Positions 7,270 to 14,368 of a stretch of 35,982 bases of DNA are shown here, in pieces (the stretch's first letter is position 1; every line of letters starts with the position of its first letter). Made by a program: the position numbers and the translations under genes. The DNA lies in the NCBI GenBank assembly GCA_021813175.1, contig JAKALJ010000002.1, positions 1 through 35,982 on the forward strand. The letters are read 5' to 3'. The DNA is from a bacterium. GTDB taxonomy: Bacteria > Patescibacteriota > Minisyncoccia > Phycocordibacterales > UBA9973. The notes below the pieces were generated by a model. That model was not told the DNA's origin, made no database searches, and saw nothing but the letters and a program-made list of their open reading frames with translations.

Positions 7270-7892
7270 ACGTTCACCACTTTATATTCCTCGAGTTTAA
7301 ATTTTTTCAGCAGAGCGATCGCGTCCGCCACCAGTTTTTTGGGGTCGCTGCCGGTTATCACTTTGGCGTTCGGCCGATGGCTCTTTTCCAGAATTTCCTT
7401 CAGTTCCTCTCCCATATCCCAGGGACCTTCGTAAATGCCCACCACCTTGCCGTCTTCAAAGGCCACGGTAAATTCATGGATGGTGCCAATACGCCCGCAC
7501 CCGCAGATTACGATGTCCACCGAGCGGGTCAGGAGCAGATCCCGGCCGGGATAACCGAAGCCGGTATAAATGATCATGTCCATATAGTCAAGCGGCAATT
7601 TGAATGTTTCCGCGTGTTCCTGTTCAGTGGCGGCCGGAGAAAATCCGATGGAGATTCCGCCTTCTTCTTTGGCTCCCATGGCGGCCCAAAAGGGAAAGCC
7701 GGTGGTGGCGCCGGTAACCAGTATGGCTCCCTGGCGCGCTATCTCCCGGCCCAGTTCCTTGGCTTTTTCCAAAGCGCCTATACCGCAGTGGCCGGTCTCG
7801 GCCGCGCCGGAAACGCAAATCTTTATCTGGTCGTGCCCGTGTTTGACAAATAAATCAGCTTCCGGATTGTTTTGCATAACCTGATTATACAC
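7266..7892 (-). CDS. LOG/TIGR00725-family Rossmann-fold nucleotide-binding protein
   Basis: 208 aa, with ICVSGAA...GAILVTGATTG and GCGRIGTIHEF (resembling the LOG PGGxGTxxE motif). Confidence 0.6.
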   Translation of the reverse strand: MYNQVMQNNPEADLFVKHGHDQIKICVSGAAETGHCGIGALEKAKELGREIARQGAILVTGATTGFPFWAAMGAKEEGGISIGFSPAATEQEHAETFKLPLDYMDMIIYTGFGYPGRDLLLTRSVDIVICGCGRIGTIHEFTVAFEDGKVVGIYEGPWDMGEELKEILEKSHRPNAKVITGSDPKKLVADAIALLKKFKLEEYKVVNV

Positions 7893-7913
7893 GATTAAAA
7901 CTATTTCTAAAAG

Positions 7914-8083
7914 CTGAAAAGCAAGTTAGTCATCTCGAAAAGCACGCATATTCGCCTGCTGGCGAATTGCTCTGCTCGTCGCTCAAGAAAATTAGGGCTA
8001 AAAACATGATCCGAATCATGTTTTTAGCTTAATTTTCTAAGCTCCTGCGCAAGGCTTTTCTCAAAGACTAACTTGCTTTTCAG
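7914..8083. repeat. Nested palindromic intergenic element, copy 2
   Basis: A perfect 18-bp outer stem (7914-7931 ctgaaaagcaagttagtc / 8066-8083) encloses a stack of inner pairings. These are stem gaaaagc/gcttttc, hairpin attcgcc-tgct-ggcgaat (7950-7967), core gctcgtcgctcaagaaaatta, a 14-bp inner hairpin (7997-8028) and taattttctaagctcctgcgcaa. The core matches copy 1 while the stems differ. Confidence 0.85.
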
Positions 8084-8094
8084 TAATAATGGAA

Positions 8095-9459
8095 TTAACA
8101 ATCCAAAGTGACGCTGTCTCCTTGTTCCGGGGCGTAGGCTTCGATGCCGAGGTTGTCTCTGACTTTTTGCACCAGAAACATGGATGATTTCGGCTCTCCC
8201 ATTACCATAAACACTTTCTTTAAGGATTCCCGCATTTCTTGGATGAAGCCGAGCAGATGGTCCGAATCTTTGTGGCCGGAATATCCATAAATGTGCGCCA
8301 GATGCGCCCGGACTTGGACATATTCGCCCGCGATTTTCACTGTTTTCACCCCTTCTTCGATGAGTCGGCCGGGAGTACCCACTGATTGGTAGCCGATCAA
8401 AAGCAGGGTATTGTTCGGGTCCGGGAGATATTTCTGCTCATGATACACCACCCGTCCACCGCTCGACATCCCGCTGCCGGCAATGATTATCTTTGGGCTC
8501 TGAGCATCATCGATGGCCCTTGATTCTTCGGCGTTCAAGGTAAAACGCAGACCCGGAAATTTAAACAAACTCTTGTCCTCAATCATTATTTTTTGGGCTT
8601 CTTCATTGAAGTAACTTTTGTATTTCTGAAAAATTTCGGTGAGTCGAATGGCTAAAGGAGAATCCAAAAATACCGGCATCTCCGGTATATGGTCTTCTTC
8701 CACTAAATTATTTATCTCAAAAAGGATTTCCTGGGAGCGTTCCAAGGAAAAGGTGGGTATAATCAGCACACCTTTGCGGTGAAAGTTGTCTTCTATCACT
8801 TCTTCCAAGAGTAGTCGGCGATCTTCTCGCGATTCATGATTCCGGTCTCCGTACACGCTTTCCATCACGAGGTAATCCACCTTTTCCACCCTATCCGAAT
8901 CCGGCAGAAGGGGTGAAGGACTGTTGCCCAAGTCGCCGGTGAAAAGTATTTTTTTGTCGTTGTAAAAGAACTGCACCATAGCCGAGCCGAGAATGTGTCC
9001 CGCGTTCAAAAATACCGCTTGAAGCTTTTCCGATATCGAAATTTTCTGGCGATAATCGGCTGTCTGCCACAGGGAAAAAGCTCGGCTGATATTCTCTTTG
9101 GAATATATTTTATCGAGGTTATATTTGTCGCTTTTGCTTAAAATACCGGCGGTATCCTCAAGCATTGGTTTGGCCAAGTCTTTAGTGGGGGGAGTAGAGA
9201 TTATTTTTCCCTTAAATCCGTCTTCAACCAGTTTCGGCACTCGACCCAGATGGTCCACGTGGGCATGGGTAATGAAAAGAAAGTCAATTTCTTTCGGATC
9301 ATATGGGAAAGGCGCCCAGTTTGTTTCGTCCGCCAATTTTTCCGACTGAGTAAGACCGCAATCCACCAGAATTTTCTTCCCGTCCGCTTCTAAGAGAAAA
9401 TTAGCCCCAGTGACAGTGTTAACTCCTCCGCAAAAAGTCAATTTCACCTTATCTGCCAT
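8095..9459 (-). CDS. MBL-fold beta-CASP family ribonuclease (CPSF/RNase J-like)
   Basis: 454 aa with metallo-beta-lactamase motif FITHAHVDHLGRVP, a beta-CASP middle region, and a C-terminal HSGH-like segment (GYSGHKD). Confidence 0.8.
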   Translation of the reverse strand: MADKVKLTFCGGVNTVTGANFLLEADGKKILVDCGLTQSEKLADETNWAPFPYDPKEIDFLFITHAHVDHLGRVPKLVEDGFKGKIISTPPTKDLAKPMLEDTAGILSKSDKYNLDKIYSKENISRAFSLWQTADYRQKISISEKLQAVFLNAGHILGSAMVQFFYNDKKILFTGDLGNSPSPLLPDSDRVEKVDYLVMESVYGDRNHESREDRRLLLEEVIEDNFHRKGVLIIPTFSLERSQEILFEINNLVEEDHIPEMPVFLDSPLAIRLTEIFQKYKSYFNEEAQKIMIEDKSLFKFPGLRFTLNAEESRAIDDAQSPKIIIAGSGMSSGGRVVYHEQKYLPDPNNTLLLIGYQSVGTPGRLIEEGVKTVKIAGEYVQVRAHLAHIYGYSGHKDSDHLLGFIQEMRESLKKVFMVMGEPKSSMFLVQKVRDNLGIEAYAPEQGDSVTLDC

Positions 9460-9509
9460 TATGTTTACATTATATATTATTTTTCTTTTTCTGGAAACAA
9501 AAAAATCAT

Positions 9510-9528
9510 GGAGCAGTCGGGAATATTC
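9510..9528. repeat. Partial, inverted copy of the Z repeat
   Basis: ggagcagtcgggaatattc is the reverse complement of gaatattcccgac(c)tgctcc found at 13489-13506. Confidence 0.6.
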
Positions 9529-9544
9529 TGTTGAGCTTATTTAA

Positions 9545-9704
9545 AAAGAAAAAATCCTCGCCGGCGAGGATTTTTTCTTAGGGTTATTCGCAATGTATTA
9601 CCGTAGCCAAAAAGCTAGGTGGGTGCCAGACGCTTCACGCCACGGCGCAAAACGATCAAAGCTCCCTAAAAAATACGTACTAGGTAATAATTGGAAATAA
9701 CCCT
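9545..9704 (-). ncRNA. Candidate small RNA (promoter - closed helix - intrinsic terminator), family unknown
   Basis: On the minus strand, TTGTCA-N16-TATACT is followed 6 nt later by AGGGUUAUU. That opens a roughly 20-bp terminal helix: 9704-9696 pairs with 9580-9588, 9693-9690 with 9591-9594, and 9689-9683 with 9596-9602. The helix encloses 80 nt. It is followed by UAAG and the terminator AAAAAAUCCUCGCCGGCGAGGAUUUUUUCUUUUU (9577-9545). Confidence 0.5.
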
Positions 9705-9710
9705 GCTTTC

Positions 9711-9738
9711 AGTATAGACGAACTTTTGAATCTGACAA
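9711..9738 (-). promoter_or_regulatory. Putative promoter of the candidate sRNA
   Basis: Minus strand TTGTCA (9738-9733) - 16 nt - TATACT (9716-9711). The predicted start near 9704 coincides with the first base of the terminal helix. Confidence 0.5.
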
Positions 9739-9802
9739 CTGGACGAGTCCAATTTTTTGTTTCTGAATATAACTTTCTCGGAAAACCCTTGAGAGATAAG
9801 CT

Positions 9803-10387
9803 CTACTCATCCACTCCAAACCGCTTGTAATCATGCAAGGTTGTGTTTCCAAACCAATGCTTTATCTCGTGCTCTGCCTCTTCCGGAGTTTCCGAGCAAT
9901 GTACGATATTCATCACCGCTCTCTTCTCCTTGTTGGCCAGGGCCGGCGAATCTATGGAGAAATCTCCGCGAATGGTACCCATATCTGCCTTGTACGGCAT
10001 GGTATCTCCGGCAATTTTTCGTACTACATCCACCGCGTGCACCCCCTCTACCACCATTTTCACCAGTGGGGCCGAGGTCATGTAATTCACCAGCCATTTA
10101 CGGATCTCCGGGCCGATTTTCTCCGCCTCGGTAGTGCCAAAGTCCGCCAGAGCGTCATAGCCATATTTCTCGTAGGTGTTCAAAGTCTTCTGACCCAAGC
10201 GGGTAATCCAAGCCGGGTCCTTCGGATAATGATTGTCAATCTGCTCGTGAGTGGGCTTGAACATTTCTAGAGCGACGATCTTCAGGTCCCGGCGCTCAAA
10301 GCGGGTGATAATCTCGCCGACCAACCCTTTCATCACGCCATCGGGCTTTACCATCACATATGTCTTTTCTTCTTTCGGGTGTTTCAT
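9803..10387 (-). CDS. ndk: Nucleoside diphosphate kinase (long form with internal insertion)
   Basis: 194 aa, with KTYVMVKPDGVMKGLVGEIITRFERRDLKIVALEM and the active-site region NIVHCSETPEEAEHEIKHWF. There are about 40 extra residues between the HY motif and LVNYMTSAPLVKMVVEG. Confidence 0.85.
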   Translation of the reverse strand: MKHPKEEKTYVMVKPDGVMKGLVGEIITRFERRDLKIVALEMFKPTHEQIDNHYPKDPAWITRLGQKTLNTYEKYGYDALADFGTTEAEKIGPEIRKWLVNYMTSAPLVKMVVEGVHAVDVVRKIAGDTMPYKADMGTIRGDFSIDSPALANKEKRAVMNIVHCSETPEEAEHEIKHWFGNTTLHDYKRFGVDE

Positions 10388-10396
10388 AATGCGCCC

Positions 10397-10425
10397 ATTT
10401 TAGCAGAAAGCAATTTCTTTGGCAA
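10397..10425 (-). promoter_or_regulatory. Putative ndk promoter
   Basis: Minus strand TTGCCA-N17 (ending TGc)-TAAAAT, 9 nt before the ATG at 10387. Confidence 0.45.
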
Positions 10426-10442
10426 AGCTCGGCTATAAAGCT

Positions 10443-10540
10443 CCGCTCATCGCGCGTTCGCGCCTGCTGGCGCGCCGTCCGCCTCCGCCTTCGCCAGCTG
10501 GCGAATGGCGAATGGCGAAGGCGGATGGCGGAGGCGGAGA
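10443..10540. repeat. Partial nested element (X module) plus long hairpin built of GGCGRAK heptamers
   Basis: ccgctcatcgcgcgttc + cgcgcc-tgct-ggcgcg (10459-10474) matches 3906-3937. It is followed by tccgcctccgccttcgcc-agct-ggcgaatggcgaatggcgaaggcggatggcggaggcgga, whose 3' arm carries extra tandem 7-mers. Confidence 0.8.
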
Positions 10541-10544
10541 CAGC

Positions 10545-10578
10545 GACCCCGGAAAAAAATATTCCCGACCTGTCCCCT
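10545..10578. repeat. Z repeat, copy A (diverged)
   Basis: gaccccggaaaaaaatattcccgacctgtcccct, compared with copies at 13464-13508 and 24727-24771. It lies 46 nt downstream of the TraD-like stop codon. Confidence 0.75.
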
Positions 10579-10624
10579 GATTTCAAAATATGAAGCAGAA
10601 AGCAAGGCTCCCTATTTTCGCTCT

Positions 10625-13402
10625 TTAATTTTCTGCCACCTTTTCGTATCGGGACATAATTTCCGCTTCCACTTCCTCGCGGTCCCGGCCGTATTTCGTA
10701 TAGGAAAGCTCTTTCAAACTCTCTACAATATCGGCATTCCCCTTTTCCGGCGGAAGAGTCCTCATATTAAACGGTTTGGATGGTTCTCCGTTTATGAGCA
10801 TATTCACATAGGCGTTGTAATTCTCCAGCCGGGTGATGTCGTGGGCAGAAAAAGTCGGCTTGAACTTCGGCTCCAAGAACTGGGCGTCCTCGGCCCCTAC
10901 CCGAAACGCCGCTATGGAGCCGACGTTCCCGAACACCGCGTTCTTGATTCCCTCTTCCAACTGATTGATGTATTGGTGGGCGATATTGAGGGAGAGCCGA
11001 TATTTGCGCGCCTCGGACAAAATGGAGGAAATAGAGTCTGTGGTGACATTTTGAAACTCGTCAATATAAAGGTAAAAATCGTTCATCTTCTGTCCGAACA
11101 TATCCACCCGGGACAGGGCCGCCATCTGCATTTTGCCCACCAGTACCAGCCCGATCAGGTTCGCGTTGATATCGCCCAGCCGTCCTTTGGAAAGATTTAC
11201 CAATAGAATTTTCTTCTCGTCCATAATTTTACGGAAATTAAATACCGACTTCTGCTGCAGCACCACCGGACGCATAATGTCGTTGGAAATAAAATTGTCA
11301 AATTTGGAAGAAATATACGGCACAAAGTTAGCCAAGGACTGCTCCCCGCTAGTCTGCTCAGCCGAAACCCAGAATTGTTTGATTATCGGATTTTTACATC
11401 GAGCCAGTTTCAAATCCCGGAAATCTTTGTCCGCCAGAACCCGGGTGATTTCAAGCAGCGTGGAACCCGAATCAGGGTCTTCCATCACCAAAAAAGCGGA
11501 GTTACGGAAGTATTGCTCAAACATCGGTCCCCCGCCCACTTTCATATCAAAGAGCTTGTTGAAAATGTTCATCATTTCGTTCACCACGAAAGTCTTCTGC
11601 TCCGGATATTTCGGGTCATACTCCAGCATATTTAGGCCCATGGGCCGAGCGGTGAAGCTCGGGTCAAAATATATTACGTCCTCCATCCGCTCCTTCGGAA
11701 CGCGAGAGAGAATAGTTTGTATGTCCGTGCCGTGCGGATCTATGTAGCATACCCCGTCTCCGTTTTTGATGTCCTGGGTAATCATATTCAGAAGCACATT
11801 CGTCTTGCCGGTACCGGTTTGCCCAATTACATAGAAATGCCGCATGCGGTCTTCCCTCCCCATGCGCACCTCTGTATCTTTTCCGCGATAGCTGTTTAGG
11901 CCGAGCAGTATGCCCTCCTTGCTCATGGCAAGAGGGGCCGGCGCAATGCCGGACTTGGCTTCGCGGAGTTGGGGCATACTGCCCACTCCCACCGGAAAGT
12001 GAAAAATGGAAGAAAGCTCTTTTAGGTTCAGGGGCAAAACATTTTCCGGAGAAAAAGTCCGGTAGGAAAAATCATGATAAAGATGTTTCAGCTTGCTTCC
12101 GGCACATTCCCGAAAATACAGGGAGTTGCTGGCCGGCTCGGTGAACTGATTGAAGGAAGATTCAATTTCCCGCAGGATAGAATCCGCCCGTATTTTAGTG
12201 GGGGCCGAGGCGAGCACCCGGATGTTTGCTTTCATTACGCTGCTTTTGAGTTTGTTCCCTATTTTTTCCATGGCTCCTTCGTCCACTGCCCGGCGTCCAG
12301 GGGTGCTTAGTTCTTTGTTCTCTTTCGGCTCTTCTTTCTTCTTCACCCCAAAAATTACTTCCTTGGAAATGCGCAGAAAAGCTTTGTTAAACTTATACAG
12401 ATTATCATTGGCATGCTTCACGGACATGCCCCCTTTCACGTCGTCCAAGATTTTATGAAATTCGTTTATGTATTTATCTCCGGCCGGCGCCACTACCAGC
12501 TGGATGGCCGCGCCTTCGCCCGCGCTCGCGAGCTTGGAAAAAACGTTCAGGATAGTGTTCATGGGGTCGTGTTCAATATTGTCGTAGGTCTTGAGAGGCA
12601 TTACGGGCCGTTCGGAAAGTTCCGCGTACGCGCCCACGGCAACCCCATTTGGGCTGAAAATATTGTAATCGTCCTTTATTTCGCGCACTTTGGCGTCGTG
12701 GTAATAAGCCAAAATCTGCTTTTCAAAAAGGGAGATAAATTTATCCGGCACGGCGGCATACACCACCACCTCTTCACTGTCGCTTGAGAGAGCCACCTCC
12801 AGGACGAAATAGTTTTCAAATTCATTGTTCCTGCCCAAGGAAATGGAAGACATGCCCGCGTAAAACTGCTCCATGGCCCCGATGAATTCTTTGAAACTTT
12901 TCTGCTTTTCTCCTTCGTCTTCCGGAGGCGGCAAGGTTATCTCAAAGAGAGTCATGCGCAGAGCTTTGTAAAGAGGGGTTCCCTCTTTGAATGGAAAAGG
13001 AATATTGCCGGTTTTCAGGTATTGGATAAGTATCCGGTGAAAATCATCGTCAATGTGCGGATCGTTCATGTCTTCCGCCACCGACATTGCGTTCTTGATG
13101 CCTTTGGATATGACCACCCCGAGGAGCTCTTCCATAATCGTATCGTGCGCTTCCGGTTTCAGAGCAAGCACTATGCCTTTTCTTTCTTCCTCGGATATGG
13201 CGCTATCTTTATGCAGAGTTTCTTCCAGCGGAATTTTTCTGTATACAGAGAGAACATCCTTGGCCGCCTTTTCGCCCGCGTGTTCAAAATGGCCGGCATC
13301 CATCAGAACTTTCTCCCGGCTGGCCACCCGTTCCCGCAGATACGCAAGCTCCTCTTCCGGAGTCTTGAATTTCGGCATCTCGCTTAATAAAAATTCTTCC
13401 AT
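10625..13402 (-). CDS. TraD/VirD4-like (type IV coupling protein / DUF87-type) P-loop ATPase with a roughly 500-aa N-terminal region of unknown function
   Basis: 925 aa. The C-terminal half carries Walker A HFYVIGQTGTGKTN, Walker B-like FYLYIDEFQNV and ARKYRLSLNIAHQYINQL, as in the TraG/TraD C-terminal coupling-protein domain. No TM helix is visible anywhere. I do not recognise any motif in the N-terminal half. Confidence 0.7.
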   Translation of the reverse strand: MEEFLLSEMPKFKTPEEELAYLRERVASREKVLMDAGHFEHAGEKAAKDVLSVYRKIPLEETLHKDSAISEEERKGIVLALKPEAHDTIMEELLGVVISKGIKNAMSVAEDMNDPHIDDDFHRILIQYLKTGNIPFPFKEGTPLYKALRMTLFEITLPPPEDEGEKQKSFKEFIGAMEQFYAGMSSISLGRNNEFENYFVLEVALSSDSEEVVVYAAVPDKFISLFEKQILAYYHDAKVREIKDDYNIFSPNGVAVGAYAELSERPVMPLKTYDNIEHDPMNTILNVFSKLASAGEGAAIQLVVAPAGDKYINEFHKILDDVKGGMSVKHANDNLYKFNKAFLRISKEVIFGVKKKEEPKENKELSTPGRRAVDEGAMEKIGNKLKSSVMKANIRVLASAPTKIRADSILREIESSFNQFTEPASNSLYFRECAGSKLKHLYHDFSYRTFSPENVLPLNLKELSSIFHFPVGVGSMPQLREAKSGIAPAPLAMSKEGILLGLNSYRGKDTEVRMGREDRMRHFYVIGQTGTGKTNVLLNMITQDIKNGDGVCYIDPHGTDIQTILSRVPKERMEDVIYFDPSFTARPMGLNMLEYDPKYPEQKTFVVNEMMNIFNKLFDMKVGGGPMFEQYFRNSAFLVMEDPDSGSTLLEITRVLADKDFRDLKLARCKNPIIKQFWVSAEQTSGEQSLANFVPYISSKFDNFISNDIMRPVVLQQKSVFNFRKIMDEKKILLVNLSKGRLGDINANLIGLVLVGKMQMAALSRVDMFGQKMNDFYLYIDEFQNVTTDSISSILSEARKYRLSLNIAHQYINQLEEGIKNAVFGNVGSIAAFRVGAEDAQFLEPKFKPTFSAHDITRLENYNAYVNMLINGEPSKPFNMRTLPPEKGNADIVESLKELSYTKYGRDREEVEAEIMSRYEKVAEN

Positions 13403-13412
13403 ACCTTAAATA

Positions 13413-13421
13413 ATTATATCA
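13413..13421 (-). promoter_or_regulatory. Extended -10 box TGaTATAAT upstream of the TraD-like gene
   Basis: Minus strand TGATATAAT-tatttaaggt-ATG(13402). Confidence 0.4.
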
Positions 13422-13463
13422 CAACAAGAAAACCCTTCTTTTTTATTTGCTCCTCGGCTCGTC

Positions 13464-13508
13464 AGCCTGCGAGATACCCCGGGAAAGAATATTCCCGACC
13501 TGCTCCCT
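13464..13508. repeat. Z repeat, copy B
   Basis: agcctgcgagataccccgggaaagaatattcccgacctgctccct is 42/45 identical to 24727-24771. It ends 3 nt from the map stop codon. On the minus strand it contains the hairpin cgggaa-tattct-ttcccg. Confidence 0.85.
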
Positions 13509-13511
13509 GTA

Positions 13512-14279
13512 TTATATTTTGGTAAGTATTTCCGGCTCGCCGGGAGTGATCAGAATTGTGTGTTCAAAATGGGCGCTGGGCTTTCCGTCCGCGGTACGGA
13601 AAGTCCATTCGTCGTCGTCAAAGATCACACTCTTCCCGCCCATATTTAGCATCGGCTCTATGGCAATGGTCATGCCGGGCTCTAACAATTCACCCGCGCC
13701 TTTTCGGCCGAAATTCGGCACATACGGATCTTCGTGCAATTTCCGTCCCACCCCATGGCCGGACAAAACATCCACGATCCCGTATTTATAAGGCCGGATA
13801 AAAGTTTCTATGGCATATCCTATATCTCCCACTCTCTTCCCGGCCGCGGCGGCGCGAATGCCTATGTACAGCGCCTCTTCCGTGACTCGCAGAAGCTTTT
13901 CCTTGGCCGGACTGATTATCCCGACCGGCACGGTCACGGCCATGTCCGTGAAAAGTCCGCGATGCTCTATGCCGAAATCCAAGGACACAATGTCCCCTTC
14001 CTTTAGTATCTTCTCCGTCTTGGGGATGCCGTGCACCACCTCGTCGTTCACTGATACGCACAGACTGGCCGGATACGGTCTGCCCGCTCCTTCGGCGCGA
14101 TAATCCAAAAAAGCCGGCTTATCGCCTATTTCCTTTACTAGCTTGAAAGCATAATCGTCCAGTTCCTTGGTGGAAATTCCGGGTCGCACTTTTATTTTCA
14201 CTTTATGAAGCACTTCCGCCAGACGCCGGCCTCCTTCCCGCATTATCTCTATCTCTTTGGGTGTCTTGATAATTATCAT
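13512..14279 (-). CDS. map: Type I methionine aminopeptidase
   Basis: MIIIKTPKEIEIMREGG..., with metal ligands in VVHGIP, DIVSLDFG, SGHGVG and MTIAIEPM. The start is moved to the ATG at 14279; the track start at 14294 is TTG. Confidence 0.93.
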   Translation of the reverse strand: MIIIKTPKEIEIMREGGRRLAEVLHKVKIKVRPGISTKELDDYAFKLVKEIGDKPAFLDYRAEGAGRPYPASLCVSVNDEVVHGIPKTEKILKEGDIVSLDFGIEHRGLFTDMAVTVPVGIISPAKEKLLRVTEEALYIGIRAAAAGKRVGDIGYAIETFIRPYKYGIVDVLSGHGVGRKLHEDPYVPNFGRKGAGELLEPGMTIAIEPMLNMGGKSVIFDDDEWTFRTADGKPSAHFEHTILITPGEPEILTKI

Positions 14280-14291
14280 AAATTGTGGGAA

Positions 14292-14368
14292 CAACCTGCC
14301 AGATTGACCAACCAGCCAACCTATGAGAACAACCTGCCAGGTTGACTAGCTAGTCAACCTGGCAGGTT
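14292..14368. promoter_or_regulatory. Three copies of a 15-bp palindromic site CAACCTG-N-CAGGTTG (operator-like), two of them forming a 38-bp perfect palindrome
   Basis: The sites are caacctgccagattg (14292-14306), caacctgccaggttg (14330-14344) and caacctggcaggtta (14355-14369). Positions 14331-14368 form a perfect palindrome overlapping the pyrH stop codon. The sites lie 13-90 nt upstream of the map ATG. Confidence 0.5.

Noticed and set aside
9593-9703. 35-codon plus-strand ORF (MYYRSQKARWVPDASRHGAKRSKLPKKYVLGNNWK) inside the candidate sRNA region
   Set aside because: It has no promoter or RBS on the plus strand and lies directly after a terminator. It matches no small r-protein (L34/L36). 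The region is better explained by the minus-strand promoter-helix-terminator architecture.
9580-9704. Assigning the candidate sRNA to SRP (4.5S) RNA or RNase P RNA
   Set aside because: The SRP domain IV signature (GGAA tetraloop with flanking AGCAGC/AGG loops) and the RNase P motif GAGGAAAGUCC are not present on either strand. The family is left unassigned.
10476-10545. A possible CRISPR array or other spaced-repeat locus in the GC-rich heptamer region
   Set aside because: The units are contiguous 6-7-nt tandem repeats forming one hairpin, with no spacers and no repeats of 20 nt or more. No CRISPR array or cas gene is visible anywhere in the window.
10545-13508. Calling the TraD-like gene a bona fide integrated mobile element with Z repeats as attL/attR
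   Set aside because: No integrase, relaxase or other mobility gene is present. A third Z copy sits in the S10 operon with no cargo, and the downstream copy is diverged. It is kept as a hypothesis in the findings, not as a feature call.
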